Source: Octopus vulgaris (lineage: Eukaryota). From it: a stretch of 64,000 nucleotides of DNA. Position 1 is the stretch's first letter. The number at the start of each line of letters is the position of its first letter. A program made the position numbers and the translations under genes. The notes beneath the pieces were generated by a model. It made no database searches. It was given only the letters and a program-made list of their open reading frames with translations, and was not told the origin of the DNA. The stretch lies in the NCBI GenBank assembly GCA_951406725.2, contig OX597842.1, forward strand, positions 31,372,001-31,436,000, read 5' to 3'. Shown here in pieces: positions 13,865-25,745 of the stretch.

Positions 13865-14447
13865 GTTTGAGCTGGCAGAATCATTAGCATGCTGAATGAA
13901 ATGCTTAATGGTATTTTGTCTGCCGTTACGTTCTGAGTTCAAATTCCGCCGAAGTCGACTTTGCCTTTCATCCTTTCGGGGTCGATAAATAAAGTACCAG
14001 TTATGCACTGGGGTCGATGTAATCGACTTAATCTGTTTGTATGTCCTTGTTTGTCCCCTCAGTGTTTAGCCCCTTGTGGGTAATAAAGAAATAAGAAACG
14101 TTAGCACGCCGGGCGAAATGCTTAGCAGTATTTCGTCTGCCGTTACGTTCTGTGTTCAAATTCCACCGAGGTTGACTTTGCCTTTCATCCTTTCGGGGTC
14201 GATTAAATAATTATTCACGACTTAATCCGTTTGTCTGTCCTTGTTTGTCCTCTCTGTGTTTAGCCCCTTGTCGGTACTAAAGAAATAGGTATTTCGTCTG
14301 CTGTTACGTTCTGAGTTCAAATTCTGCCGAGGTCAACTTTGCCTTTCGGGGGTCAATAAATTAAGTACCATTTGCATACTGCAATCAATCTAATTTACTA
14401 GTCCCCTCCTACAAAGTTTCAGGTTTTGTGCTTACAGTAAAAACGAT
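13865..14447 (+). mobile_element. Head-to-tail trimer of tRNA-derived SINE family B (Deu/Nin-like central motif)
   Basis: Repeated GTTCTGAGTTCAAATTCCGCCGAGGTCGACTTTGCCTTTCATCCTTTCGGGGTCGAT units; later units restart inside the head. Confidence 0.85.
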
Positions 14448-14474
14448 TATTATTATTATTATTATTATTATCAT

Positions 14475-14730
14475 CTTTTTTCTCTTCTTTCAAATTTGCT
14501 TCCATTTCTTGCCGAGTGTCTTCCCGACTCCTAGGGCAAAGAAACTCATGGTATACATTGGTAGGCCATTAAACCAAACTCAGTAGTTCGTTCATTTTTT
14601 TCTTTTTTTTTTTTTTAAGTTAAATCAAAATTCATGAGCAGCAACAGTTCTCACATCGACAATGCTCTTCTCAATACGTGTGATGTACCAGTTAAGACAA
14701 TCTTTTGCACTTCTTGCATAGTATGGTGGA
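14475..14730 (-). mobile_element. R4/Dong-like non-LTR retrotransposon 3' end
   Basis: C-terminus MQEVQKIVLTGTSHVLRRALSM* resembles R4/Dong ends; 3' end abuts (TAA)n, the known Dong target. Confidence 0.6.
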
Positions 14731-15348
14731 CCCGTTTGAAAGGGCTCAAGACAGACACATCATCAACTTCTTCAAGTTTCCCTTGAAAAGAAAGTTGAGG
14801 GTGGAGAGGGGGGTGAATGCTGGAAGAAGGGCCAGTGTGAAAGGACCAGTTCTGTGAAAAAATTAAAGAAGGGTTCTTGCTCTGTTGATCAGGCACCCGT
14901 GGTTTTTGTGGGGTTTTCCATGAGGACCCTAAGGCGCCTCCCCTATTTGGGAGATTTTAATTTGTTTAATTTGTTTAATGACTGAAACAAGTAAAATTAA
15001 GAAAACAAAAGCTAAATAAAGAAGTTAAGATTGTCTTTGATTATAGATCTGACTGGATCAGGACTGACCTAGGGCTAAACAACTGGACCTCCACTACCCC
15101 CAACCACCACCACCACCACCAACAACAACTACAACAACCATGATTACTACTGCTGTTGCTAATGTTATCTTCAAGAAAGAGAGAGGGGGAGAAAAAGAAG
15201 GACAAGGAGAGTAAGAGAGGGGGAGAGCAGCGGAATGAGAGATAGAGGATGAGGGAGAGAGAGAGAGAGAGAAAGGATCGAGGAGAGTGAGTGAGAGAGA
15301 GAGAGAAGTAGAGAAAGAAGTGCCCTGTCCCCCTCCCACAGCAGATCC

Positions 15349-15392
<44 letters not shown>

Positions 15393-15587
15393 AGTTGTTC
15401 TAAAGATTGGAAGAGGAGAAGGAGGAAGAAGTAGAATGTGAGAGAGAGAGAGAGAGAGATAAGCCGTGTTATCGTTGTCCCCTCCACATTCGCCCTCCTC
15501 CACTGCAACTGATCTTCAGAAGTTTGTCTCTCCCTGATTTCCAGATAAGCAGCAGAAAAACCCACTTTCACAGATAAAAACAGAGGC

Positions 15588-16090
15588 AGTGGTGGTGGTG
15601 GTGGTGGTAGTGGTGGTGGCAATGGTTGCGGTGATGGTGGTGGTGGTGGTGGTGGTGGTAGTGGTTGTGATGGTGGTGTTGGTGGTGGTGGTATTGGTGG
15701 TGGTGGTGATGTTGATGATGGTGGTGGTGACGGTGGTGATGGTATTGGTGGTGGTGGTGGTGGTGGTAACAGTGGTGGTGGCAGTGGTGGTGGTGATGGT
15801 GGTAGTGGTTGTGATGGCGGTGGCGGTGGTGGTGGTGGTGGTGGTGATGGTATTGGTGGTGGTGGTGGTGGTGGTATTGGTGGTGGTGGTAACAGTGGTG
15901 GTGGCGGTGGCAGTGACGGTGGTGGTGGTGGTGGTGGCGGTGGTGGTGGTGGTGGTGGTGGTGGCGGTGGTGGTAGTGGTGGTGGTGGCGGCGGTGGTGG
16001 TGGTTGTGGTCGTGATGATAATGGTTGTGGTGGTAGTGGTGGTGGTGGCGGTGGTGGTGGCGGCGGTGGTGGTGGTTGTGGTGGTGATGC
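15588..16090. repeat. (GGT)n tract
   Basis: Seen directly. Confidence 0.95.
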
Positions 16091-16599
16091 CATCTCCTCC
16101 CCCCTCACCTCCACCGCCGCCTCCATTGTTGTTGTTCTTGTTGCCGTTGTGTCTTCTTTATTGCCTAAAGACATGACCACCAGGAGTGTGTGTTTGTGTG
16201 TGTGTGTGTGTGCACACACGCATGGGGGGTGGGCGAGGATGGACTGTTTCCTTCTTTACTTTTACTTCATTAGAAATTTTTTTCAAGTTTTATTATTTTT
16301 TTTGTTTGTTTTTCCATTTGTTTTCGTTTCACTGTTTTTTTTTAAATATTTTCATCCAGTTTTCCTTCCCCCCCCTCCCTCCCCCCTCCCCCCACTCCCA
16401 CCCCTGCCCCATCGTTTTTTTCTCCTTCAATTTCATTTTCCTTTGATTTTCTTCATTTTGTTTCCTTTCTTTGTCTTTTATTTTTTCTATCTTTGCTCTT
16501 TTTATCATTATTCTTCCTCCTTCTCCTCATTCCCCTTCTCCTCCTCCTCCTCCTCCTACTACCTTAGATATCTCTCTCTCTCTCTCACTCTCACTCTCT

Positions 16600-17003
16600 C
16601 TCTTTTACTCTTTTACTTGTTTCAGTCATTTGACTGCGGCCATGCTGGAGCACCGCCTTTAGTCGAGCAAATCGACCCCGGGACTTATTCTTTTGTAATT
16701 CCAGTACTTATTCTATCGGATCTCTTTTGCCGAACCACTAAGTGACGGGGACATAAACACACCAGCATCGGTTGTCAAGCAATGTTAGGGGGACAAACAC
16801 ACACAAACACACGCACACACATATATATGTACATATATACGACAGGCTTCTTTCAGTTTCCGTCTACCAAATCCACTCACATGGCATTGGTCGGCTCGAG
16901 GCTATAGTAGAAGACACTTGCCCAAGGTTCCACGCAGTGGGACTGAACCCGGAACCATGTGGTTGGTAAACAAGCTACTTACCACACAGCCACTTCTATG
17001 CCT
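16600..17003 (-). mobile_element. SINE family A
   Basis: Reverse-complement full copy. Confidence 0.9.
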
Positions 17004-17017
17004 ATATATATACATAT

Positions 17018-17050
<33 letters not shown>

Positions 17051-17059
17051 CATACATAT

Positions 17060-17430
17060 AGGCGCAGGAGTGGCTGTGTGGCAAGTAGCTTGCTAACCAA
17101 CCACATGGTTCCGGGTTCAGTCCCACTGCGTGGCACCTTGGGCAAGTGTCTTCTACTATAGCCCCGGGCCGACCAATGCCTTGTGAGTGGATTTGGTAGA
17201 CGGAAACTGAAAGAAGCCCGTCGTATATATGTATATATATTTGTGTGTGTGTGTTTGTGTTTGACACCCAATGCTGGTGTGTTTATGTCCCCATTACTTA
17301 GCGGTTCGGCAAAAGAGACCAATAGAATAAGTACTGGGCTTACAAAGAATAAGTCCTGGGGTCGATTTGCTCGACTAAAGGCGGTGCTCCAGCATGGCCA
17401 CAGTCAAATGACTGAAACAAGTAAAAGAGT
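17060..17430 (+). mobile_element. SINE family A (head-to-head with the previous copy)
   Basis: Full copy with a small internal deletion. Confidence 0.9.
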
Positions 17431-17737
17431 ATATACACACACACATATATATTATATAGAATATCATTTAAGACATATATTATATACACTCACCGCAGTG
17501 GGTGGAATACTGAATTTTATAATTCACACCTGATATAATAAAGAGTACACACACAAAGGGCTTCTTTCAGTTTCCACCAACCAAATCCACTTACCAGGTT
17601 TCAGTCAGCCCAAGGCTACAGTAAAAGATATTTACCCAAGGAGGCACGCAGTGGGACTGAACCCAGAACCATGTGGTTCTGGAGCTAGCTTATGCATATG
17701 CTTTTTATGCATATCTGCATGTATTTTTATTTGTATT

Positions 17738-18036
17738 CTAGCAGTATCGCCCAGCGTTGCTCGAGTTTGTAAGGGAAATAACCATATAAGCATTTTTAGA
17801 GAGTTACTTCCCTTATATAATAGCAAAAAATGCATTAAAAATGGGAAAAAATTATGGTAAATTTTTTTTTTAAATCGTAGACTCATCATAGACACGCGCT
17901 AATATCCAGAAGGGCCCGATATGAATCACGACTATAAGATACCCGGTTTTGGTTAAACTGCACCGCAAAATGTGGGAGTAGTTAGGAATCTAAATCGTAG
18001 GAGACAGACACACAACTTCACTTTTATATATAAAGA
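17738..18036 (-). mobile_element. Non-autonomous Helitron
   Basis: Minus strand 5'-TCTTTATATATAAAAG ... GC-rich hairpin ... CTAG-3'; homologous to 20324-20724. Confidence 0.8.
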
Positions 18037-18084
18037 TATATACATGTGTGTCTATGCATGTATGTATACATGTATGTCTGTATG

Positions 18085-18607
18085 TATTTATCTGAGTGTT
18101 GGTTCTCATGGAGGCAATGACCAAGATCTTTGGCATTATGTTTCGCTTGAGAGGAAGACCCATCAAGCCAAGCAAATTCACGATTGTGGCAGATACCTAT
18201 TTCTTTACTACCCACAAGGGGCTAAACACAGAGGGGACAAACAAGGACAGACAAACGGATTATATCAACGCCAGTGCATAACTGGTACTTATTTAATCAA
18301 CCCCGAAAGGATGAAAGGCAAAGTCGACCTTAGTGGAATTTGAACTCAGAACGTAACGGCAGACGAAATTCAGCTACGCATTTCGCCCGGCATGCTAACG
18401 TTGTGGCAGATACCGGTGTCACTGCAATGGCACCTGTGCCAGTATCACATAAAAGCACCGATTACACTCTCCCCAGAGCAGTTGGCATTAGGAGAGGGAG
18501 AAAACCCTGCCAAATCAGACTGGGGCCTGGTGCAGCCTTGCCACTTACCAGCACTGGTCAAACTGTCCAACTCATGCCAGCATGGACAGTGGATGTTAGA
18601 TGATGAC
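18085..18607 (+). mobile_element. RTE 3'-end fragment interrupted by a minus-strand SINE B (about 18195-18400)
   Basis: GAGGCAATGACC...CTTTGGCATTATG (ORF end) and 3' UTR ending CATGCCAGCATGGACAGTGGATGTTAGATGATGAC. Confidence 0.7.
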
Positions 18608-18983
18608 GAATTTGTGTTGAAATTGCGTTACAAAATTTCTGATGTGAAACTGTTGAAACAGATGCTGTATTTTGGGATGCACTTGCTGACTTCCAGGAAG
18701 CGGGGCTTTCAACTGGTAGCACTTTCACGTGCAAATCGTTTGCATTTTTTTTTTGTGGTGGTCATGATTGGGTGGGGGAATATAAACACATGCACTGTTC
18801 GTTTGTTCTTCCCTCGTTTATGGCTGTCCTCATTCTATCTTACGTCCATTGTCTGAAAACCTTTTGTCACATCTGCGACCACTTCAGCGACCCCTCCCAT
18901 CCATGTGTATCCTCGTGCTCTGGACTAAGTGGAGCAGGAGAATACACTTGGATGGGAAGGGTCGCTGAAGAGGTCGCAGATGT

Positions 18984-19750
18984 CATCATCATCATCATCA
19001 TCATCATTTAGCGTCCACTTTCCATGCTAGCATGGGTTGGATGGTTCAACTGGGGTCTGTGAAGCCAGAAGGCTGCATCAGGCCCAGTCAAATCTGGCAG
19101 TGTTTCTACGGCTGGATGCCCTTCCTAACACCAACCACTCCATGAGTGCAGTGGGTGCTTTTTATGTGCCACCCGCACAGGTGCCAGACGGAGCTGGCAA
19201 ACGGCCATGGACGGATGGTACTTTTTACATGCCACCGGCACAGGGGCCAGGCGAGGCTGGCAATGGCCACAAATGGATGGTGCTACGTGCCACCGGCACG
19301 GGGGCCAGGCGAGGCTGGCAACGGACACGATCGGATGGTGCTTTTTACGTGCCACCGGCACGGAGGCCAGGCGAGGCTGGCAACGGCCACGAACGGATGG
19401 TGCTACGTGCCACCAGCACGAGGGCCAGGCGAGGCTGGCAACGGCCACAAACAGATGGTGCTATGTGCCACCGGCACGAGGGCCAGGCGAGGCTGGCAAC
19501 GACCACGAATGGATGGTGCTACATGCCACCGGCATGGGGGCCAGGCGAGGCTGGCAACGGACACGATCGGATGGTGCTTTTTACATGTCACCGGCATGGA
19601 GGCCAGTCGGGGCGGCGCTGGCAACGGCTACGATCAGATGGTTCGCTTAACCACATCTGCAACTTCCATTGATGTTGATCGACTTCGATTTTGGTTCTGC
19701 TTTCTGATATCTGATTTGATTTGGTTTGATTTTGATTTTGATTTGAATGG
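18984..19750 (-). mobile_element. RTE 3'-UTR element with internal ~57-61-bp tandem array
   Basis: (CAT)n tail, CTGGATGCCCTTCCTAA motif, about 8 units of GGATGGTGCT..ACGTGCCACCGGCAC..GGCCAGGCGAGGCTGGCAAC. Confidence 0.8.
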
Positions 19751-19963
19751 CTGTTAAATGATGACGATGATGACGAATTTGTGTTGAAATTGCGTTACAA
19801 AATTTCTGATGTGAAACTGTTGAAACAGATGCTGTATTTTGGGATGCACTTGCTGGCTTCCAGGAAGCGGGGCTTTCAAGTGGTAGCACTTTTACGTGCA
19901 AATCGTTTACATTTTTTTTTTTGTGGTGGTCATGATTGGGTGGGGGAATATAAACACATGCAC

Positions 19964-20184
19964 TATTTGTTTGTTCTTATTCTATCTTACGTCCATTGTC
20001 TGAAAACCTTTTGTCACATCTGCAACCACTTCAGTGACCCCTCCCATCCATGTGTATCCTCGTGCTCTGGACTAAGTGGAGCAGGAGGATACACTTGGAT
20101 GGGAAGGGTCGGAAGTCGCAGATGTGTGAGGAAAAAAAATCTCTAGACAATGGACATAAGATAAAATAAGAACAAAAATAAATA
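19964..20184. repeat. ~220-bp imperfect foldback (MITE-like); truncated duplicate at about 18833-18983
   Basis: TCTTACGTCCATTGTCT...CACATCTGC...CCCATCCATGTGTATCCTC pairs with GAGGATACACTTGGATGGG...GCAGATGTG...AGACAATGGACATAAGA. Confidence 0.8.
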
Positions 20185-20323
20185 ATTAAAGAATGAATAA
20201 ATAGTGTGTCTGTGTGTGTGTTTGGCCTCTAAAAAATGACCGTCCCAAAATACAACATATATAAGTATACACACACACATATACACATATACACATTTAT
20301 ATGCATACACACACACATGTATA

Positions 20324-20724
20324 TCTTTATATATAAAAGAGAGGTTGTGTGTCTGTCTCCTACGATTTAGATTCCTAACTACTCCCACATTTTGTGGTGC
20401 AGTTTAACCAAAACCGGGTATCTTATAGTCGTGATTCATATCGAGCCCTTCTGGGTATTAGCGTGCGTCTACGATGAGTCTACGATTTTAAAAATAATTT
20501 AACATCATTTTTTTCCATTTTAATGCACTTTTTCGCTATTATATAAGGGAAGTAACTCTCTAAAAAAATGTCTACGATGAATCAACGATTTAAAAAAAAA
20601 TTTACCATAACTTTATTTTGCATTTTTAATGCATTTTTTTGCTATTTTTTGGCTATAACTCTCTAAAAATGCTTATATAGTTATTTGCCTTACAAACCCG
20701 AGCAACGCCGGGCGATACTGCTAG
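20324..20724 (+). mobile_element. Non-autonomous Helitron
   Basis: A^TCTTTATATATAAAAG ... CCCGAGCAACGCCGGG-CGATACTG-CTAG^T: 5' TC, 3' hairpin plus CTAG, inserted between A and T. Confidence 0.85.
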
Positions 20725-20754
20725 TATATATATATATATATATACGTTTGTGTG

Positions 20755-21760
20755 TGTGGCTGTGTGGTCAGAAGCTTGCTTACCAACCACATGGTTCTGG
20801 GTTCCATTCTACTGCTTGGCGCCTTGAGTAAGAGTCTTCTACTATAGCCTCAAGTCAACCAGAGCATTGTGAGAGGATTTGGTAGACAGAAAATGAAAGA
20901 AGCCTGTTGTGTATATATGTGTGTGTTTGTCTCCCCCACCATTGCTTGATAACCGATGTTGGTGTGTTTACATCCCCAAAACCTAGTGATTTGGCAAAAG
21001 TGAGCGTTAGAATAAGTACCAAGCTAACAAAGAATAAGTCCTGGGGGGGGGGTCTATTCCTTCAACTAAAAGGCAATACTCCAGCATGGCCACAGTCATA
21101 TGACTGGAACAAGTAAAAGAATATATTTATATATGTATATATATTCTTTTATCTGTTTCAGTCATTTGACTGCGGCCATGCTGGAGCATTGCCTTTTGTC
21201 AAACAAATCAACTCCAGGACTTATTCTTTGTAAGCCTAGTTACATTTTATATCTGTCTCTTTTGCTGAACTGCTAAGTTTCATGGACATAACACACCAAC
21301 ATCGGTTGTCAAGTGATGGTTGGGGTACAGACACAGACACCCACCCAAACATATACATATACATACATATATATATATAAATATGTAGGCACGGGCATGG
21401 CTGTGTGGTTAGAGAGCTTGCTTCCTAGCTACATGGTTTCGGGTTCAGTCCCACTGCGTGGCACTTTGGGTAGGTGTCTTCTACTATAGCCTCGAGCCAA
21501 CCGAAGCTTTGTGATTGGATTCGGTAGGTGGAAGTTACTGCTGTGTGTGTATATGTGCGTATAGCTGCTCAGTGCCTCTCCGAAAGAGAGAGGGGATGAC
21601 GGACTTTTTTCAGTTTCCATCTACCAAATCCACTCAACAAGGCTTTGGTCGGCCTGAGGCTATAGTAGAAGACACTTGCCAAAGGTGCCACGCAGTGGGA
21701 CTGAACCTGGAACCATGTGGTTCGTAAACAAGCCACTTACCACACAACCACTCCTACGCC
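20755..21760. mobile_element. Cluster of diverged SINE A copies and fragments in both orientations
   Basis: + 20755-21120, - 21145-21335, + 21386-21535, - 21600-21760. Confidence 0.75.
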
Positions 21761-21846
21761 TCCCACACAGCTAGTCCTATGCCTTGCCACACGACTACTC
21801 CAGATATATATATATATATATATATATGTGTATATATTTATGTGTG

Positions 21847-21899
<53 letters not shown>

Positions 21900-21913
21900 A
21901 TGTATATATATAT

Positions 21914-21945
<32 letters not shown>

Positions 21946-21988
21946 GTATATGTATATTTATATATATATATGTGTATATATATATAGA

Positions 21989-22037
<49 letters not shown>

Positions 22038-22384
22038 GTGTATATATATGTATATATATGTGTGTGTATGTGTGTGGTGTGGGCTGTGTACAGATATGGA
22101 CATTAAAATGTAAAGCCATAGAATCCGGCTTCATGAAAGAGTGGACACAAAGGACGATGGGTGTATGAAGACAAAGGAGAGTAGGGTGTGTATATATGGT
22201 GTGGTAGGGAAATAGGGGTAAGGGTGGAGGAAGGGGGGATATCTGGTTCTATTTTAATCAGCGTTCTGTTTAATTAGAATTTCAAGTGTTTAATCAATAT
22301 GGAAGAGGAGGTGGAAGAAGAGGAAGAGGTAAATTCTTGACAATACAACACTACATCAGATGTCGGTTTGGCGGGGGGGGGGTG

Positions 22385-22425
<41 letters not shown>

Positions 22426-22574
22426 GTGTGTATGTGTGTGTTTATAAATATTTGTGTATATGTGTGTGTGTGTGTTTATATATATATATTTGTGTGAGTG
22501 TGTATGTATATATGTGTTTGTATGTATATATGTGTTTGTGTGTATGTGTACATAATGGGTATGTGTGTGTATAT

Positions 22575-22722
22575 ATATTTCTTTATTACCCACAAGGGGC
22601 TAAACACAGAGGGGACAAACAAGGACAGACAAACGGATTAAGTCGATTACATCGACCCCCAGTGCGTAACTGGTACTTAATTTATCGACCCCGAAAGGAT
22701 GAAAGGCAAAGTCGACCTCAGC
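22575..22722 (-). mobile_element. SINE family B 3' part
   Basis: CCCACAAGGGGCTAAACACAGAGGGGACAAAC...GAAAGGATGAAAGGCAAAGTCGACC. Confidence 0.8.
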
Positions 22723-22817
22723 GTTATGTGTGTGTATATATGAGTTTGTGTGTATATATGTTTGTGCATAATGTATATGTGTGCGTGTGTGTATGGATGT
22801 GAATATGTATATATCAT

Positions 22818-23960
22818 CATTATCATCATCATCGTTCATTTTCCATGCTAGCATGGGTTGGACGGTTTGACCGGAGTCTGGGAAGCCAGGAGGCTGCACC
22901 AGGCCCAGTCTGATCTGGCAGAGTTTCTACAGCTGGATGCCCTTCCTAACGCCAACCACCCCGTGAGTGTAGTGGGTGCTTTTCATGTGCCACCAGCACA
23001 GGGGCCAGAGGAGGCTGGCAACGGCCACAATTGGTAGCTTTTTACGTGCCACCGGCACTGAAGCCAGTCAAGGTAGCGCTGACATAGGCCATGTTTGGAT
23101 GGTGCTTTTTACATGCCACCAGCAAGGGTATCACAACTACAATTTCCGTTTGATTTTTATTTTGATGTTGATGTACTTGACTCAATAGGTCTCCTCAAGC
23201 ACAGCAGGTTGTCCTATGATCCAAGATACTTTTGAATGGGCTGAGGCTAGTTATGCAAAGCTGGTGTAGGATACATCCGTGAACTCACTTTATTTGTCGG
23301 GTCTTCACAGTCACAGCATATCTCCAGAGGTCTCGGTCTTCCATCATTGCCTCTGTAAGGCCCAACGTTTGAAGGTCATGCTTGACCACCTCATTCCATG
23401 TCTTCCTGGGTCTGCCTCTACACTGGATTCCTTCAACAGTTTGGGAGTGGCACTTCTTCACACATCTTTCCTTATCCATCCATAGTACATGACCATACCA
23501 ATACAAATGTCTCTCCTGCACGCCACATCCGATGCTTCTTATCTCCAACATTTCTCTCAGGACGCTTACACTCTGTCCTGCATGCACACTGACATTACAC
23601 ATCCAGCAGATCATGCTAGCTTCATTTCTTTTCATCCTACGCATGTCTTCAGCAGTCATGGCCCGTGTTTCACTGCCATGAAGCTTGGCAGTTAGCACAC
23701 ATGCGCCATACAATATAACTTTCACTCTGAGCAAGAGACCCTTTGTCACCAGTAGGGGTAGGAGCTTCCTAAACTTTGCCCAGGCTATTCTTATTCTAGT
23801 TGTAACACTCTCTGAGCAACCACCCCTACTACTAACTTGGTCACCTAGGTAGCAGAAGCTATCAACTACTTCTAGTTTCTCCCCCTGGAGTGTGATGGAA
23901 TCTGTTTTCTGAGCATCTGTGCAGTTTATTTCCCATGTGTATCTGCCGCACATGAAAGTT
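22818..23960 (-). mobile_element. RTE-clade LINE, 5'-truncated: C-terminal ORF (23285-23953) plus 3' UTR
   Basis: LEVVDSFCYLGD...RIRIAWAKFRKL...LHGSET...LYWYGHVLWMD...RGRPRKTWNEVVKHDL...DRDLWR is a typical RTE C-terminus, contiguous with the recurring 3'-UTR family and a (GAT)n tail. Confidence 0.9.
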
Positions 23961-24140
23961 ATCTTCTTGGTTAATCTACCTGAAAATTTTGCTTAAAATC
24001 TCAGCAAAAAACCAAAGATTTTTCTTGAGAACACATTCTTCATGGTAAATGGCGATTTGACATCTATGTTTAGCATATAAGCTGTCCACTTTTAGTGGTC
24101 AGTCCACTAAATTTTGTTTATATATATATATATATATATA

Positions 24141-24292
24141 GGGAGGGTTTACGAAAAAGCAAAAGACGAAGACAGGTGGTGTACAAAACAAATAGATGTA
24201 TTAGTATAACGCACAGGAATAGAAAAAGTCTTCTACGTTTCGAGCCTACGCTCTTCTACAGAAAGATACACAGAAAAAACAAGGAGAGAAAA
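24141..24292 (-). mobile_element. PLE-like terminal fragment with hammerhead-like motif (24228-24267)
   Basis: Minus strand: TCTTT-CTGTAGA-A-GAGC(gtag)GCTC-GAAA-CG-TA-GAAGA; homologous to 1-124; TA-flanked. Confidence 0.6.
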
Positions 24293-24624
24293 TATATATG
24301 TATGTATGTATATATACATATGTATAAATTTATATATATATATGTATGTGTATATATTTGTGTTTGTGTGTGAGAGTGTTAGTTGAAAAGAAAGAATTAT
24401 CTGAAGATGTCTGCTGGAGAAGAGTAAAAAAAAAACCAGTGAAAGGGAAAATTAGAAACATAAAAAGCAGGAACCAAACTTTTTAAAGAATAAAAATACA
24501 TTTAGGAAGTTTTTAGATTGATAAAGGAGAAAGAAATAACTATATGATTGAGGGAGATCGTTTGTGGGGGCAGCTGTGTGTTGGAAAGGGGCTTCATGTA
24601 TGTATAAGGAACGGGAGTCTTGAC

Positions 24625-25745
24625 TGCTGTTTCTAGCAGTGGTCTAGCTCTAAGCTACCATGTAGAGGTCTCCCTCATTGGCTCATACATACATAAATAC
24701 ATAGATAAGAGAGTAGGGTGTGATATGAGGGAGATTTAGCTGCTATTTCTACCAGGTCTAGCTACCATGTAGAGGTCTCCCTCATTGGCTCATACATACA
24801 TATATACATAGATAAGAGAGTAGGGTGTGATTTGAGAGGAGATTTAGCTGCTATTTCTACCAGGTCTAGCTACCATGTAGAGGTCTCCTCATTGGCTCAT
24901 ACATCATATACATAGATAAGAAGTAGGGTGATGAGGGATTTGCTCTATTTCTACAGGTCTAGCTACTATAGAGGTCTCCTCATTGGCATACATACAATAA
25001 CAGATAAGAGAGTAGGGTGTGATTTGAGGGAGATTTAGGCTGCTATTTCTACCAGGTCTAGCTACCATGTAGAGGTCTCCCTCATTGGCTCATACATACA
25101 TATATACATAGATAAGAGAGTAGGGTGTGATTTGAGGGAGATTTAGCTGCTGAGCTACATGTGGCTCCCATTGGCTCATCATACATATATACATAGATAA
25201 GAGAGTAGGTGATTAGAATTTAGCTGCATTTCTAGGCTAGTAGTAGAGGTCTCCTCATTGGCTCATACATACATTATACATAGATGAGTAGGTGATTGAG
25301 GAGGTTTAGTGCATTTCTACCAGGTCTAGCTACCATGTAGGGTCTCCTCATTGGCTCATCATACATATACATATAGATAAGAGAGTAGGGTGTGATTTGA
25401 GGGAGATTTGGCTGCTATTTCTACCAGGTCTAGCTACCATGTAGAGGTCTCCACCAGGTCATTGGCTCATACATACATATATACATAGATAAGAGAGTAG
25501 GGTGTGATTTGAGGGAGATTTGGCTGCTATTTCTACCAGGTCTAGCTACCATGTAGAGGTCTCCCCCATTGGCTCATACATACATATATACATAGATAAG
25601 AGAGTAGGGTGTGATTTGAGGGAGGTTTGGCTGCTATTTCTACCAGGTCTAGCTACCATGTAGAGGTCTCCTCATTGGCTCATACATCCATATATACATA
25701 GATAAGAGAGTAGGGTGTAATTTGAGAGAGATTTGGCTACTATTT
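24625..25745. repeat. ~107-bp tandem satellite, about 11 units
   Basis: ACCAGGTCTAGCTACCATGTAGAGGTCTCC recurs at 24751, 24859, 25051, 25423, 25535 and 25642. Confidence 0.9.

Noticed and set aside
15041-16219. 392-aa proline-rich (formin/extensin-like) ORF
   Set aside because: Built from (GGT)n and (GA)n/(CT)n tracts; no recognisable domain.
19150-19640. CRISPR-like appearance of regular repeats (also 24625-25745, 41831-42125, 43205-44565)
   Set aside because: No unique spacers, no cas genes, eukaryotic context; these are plain tandem repeats.
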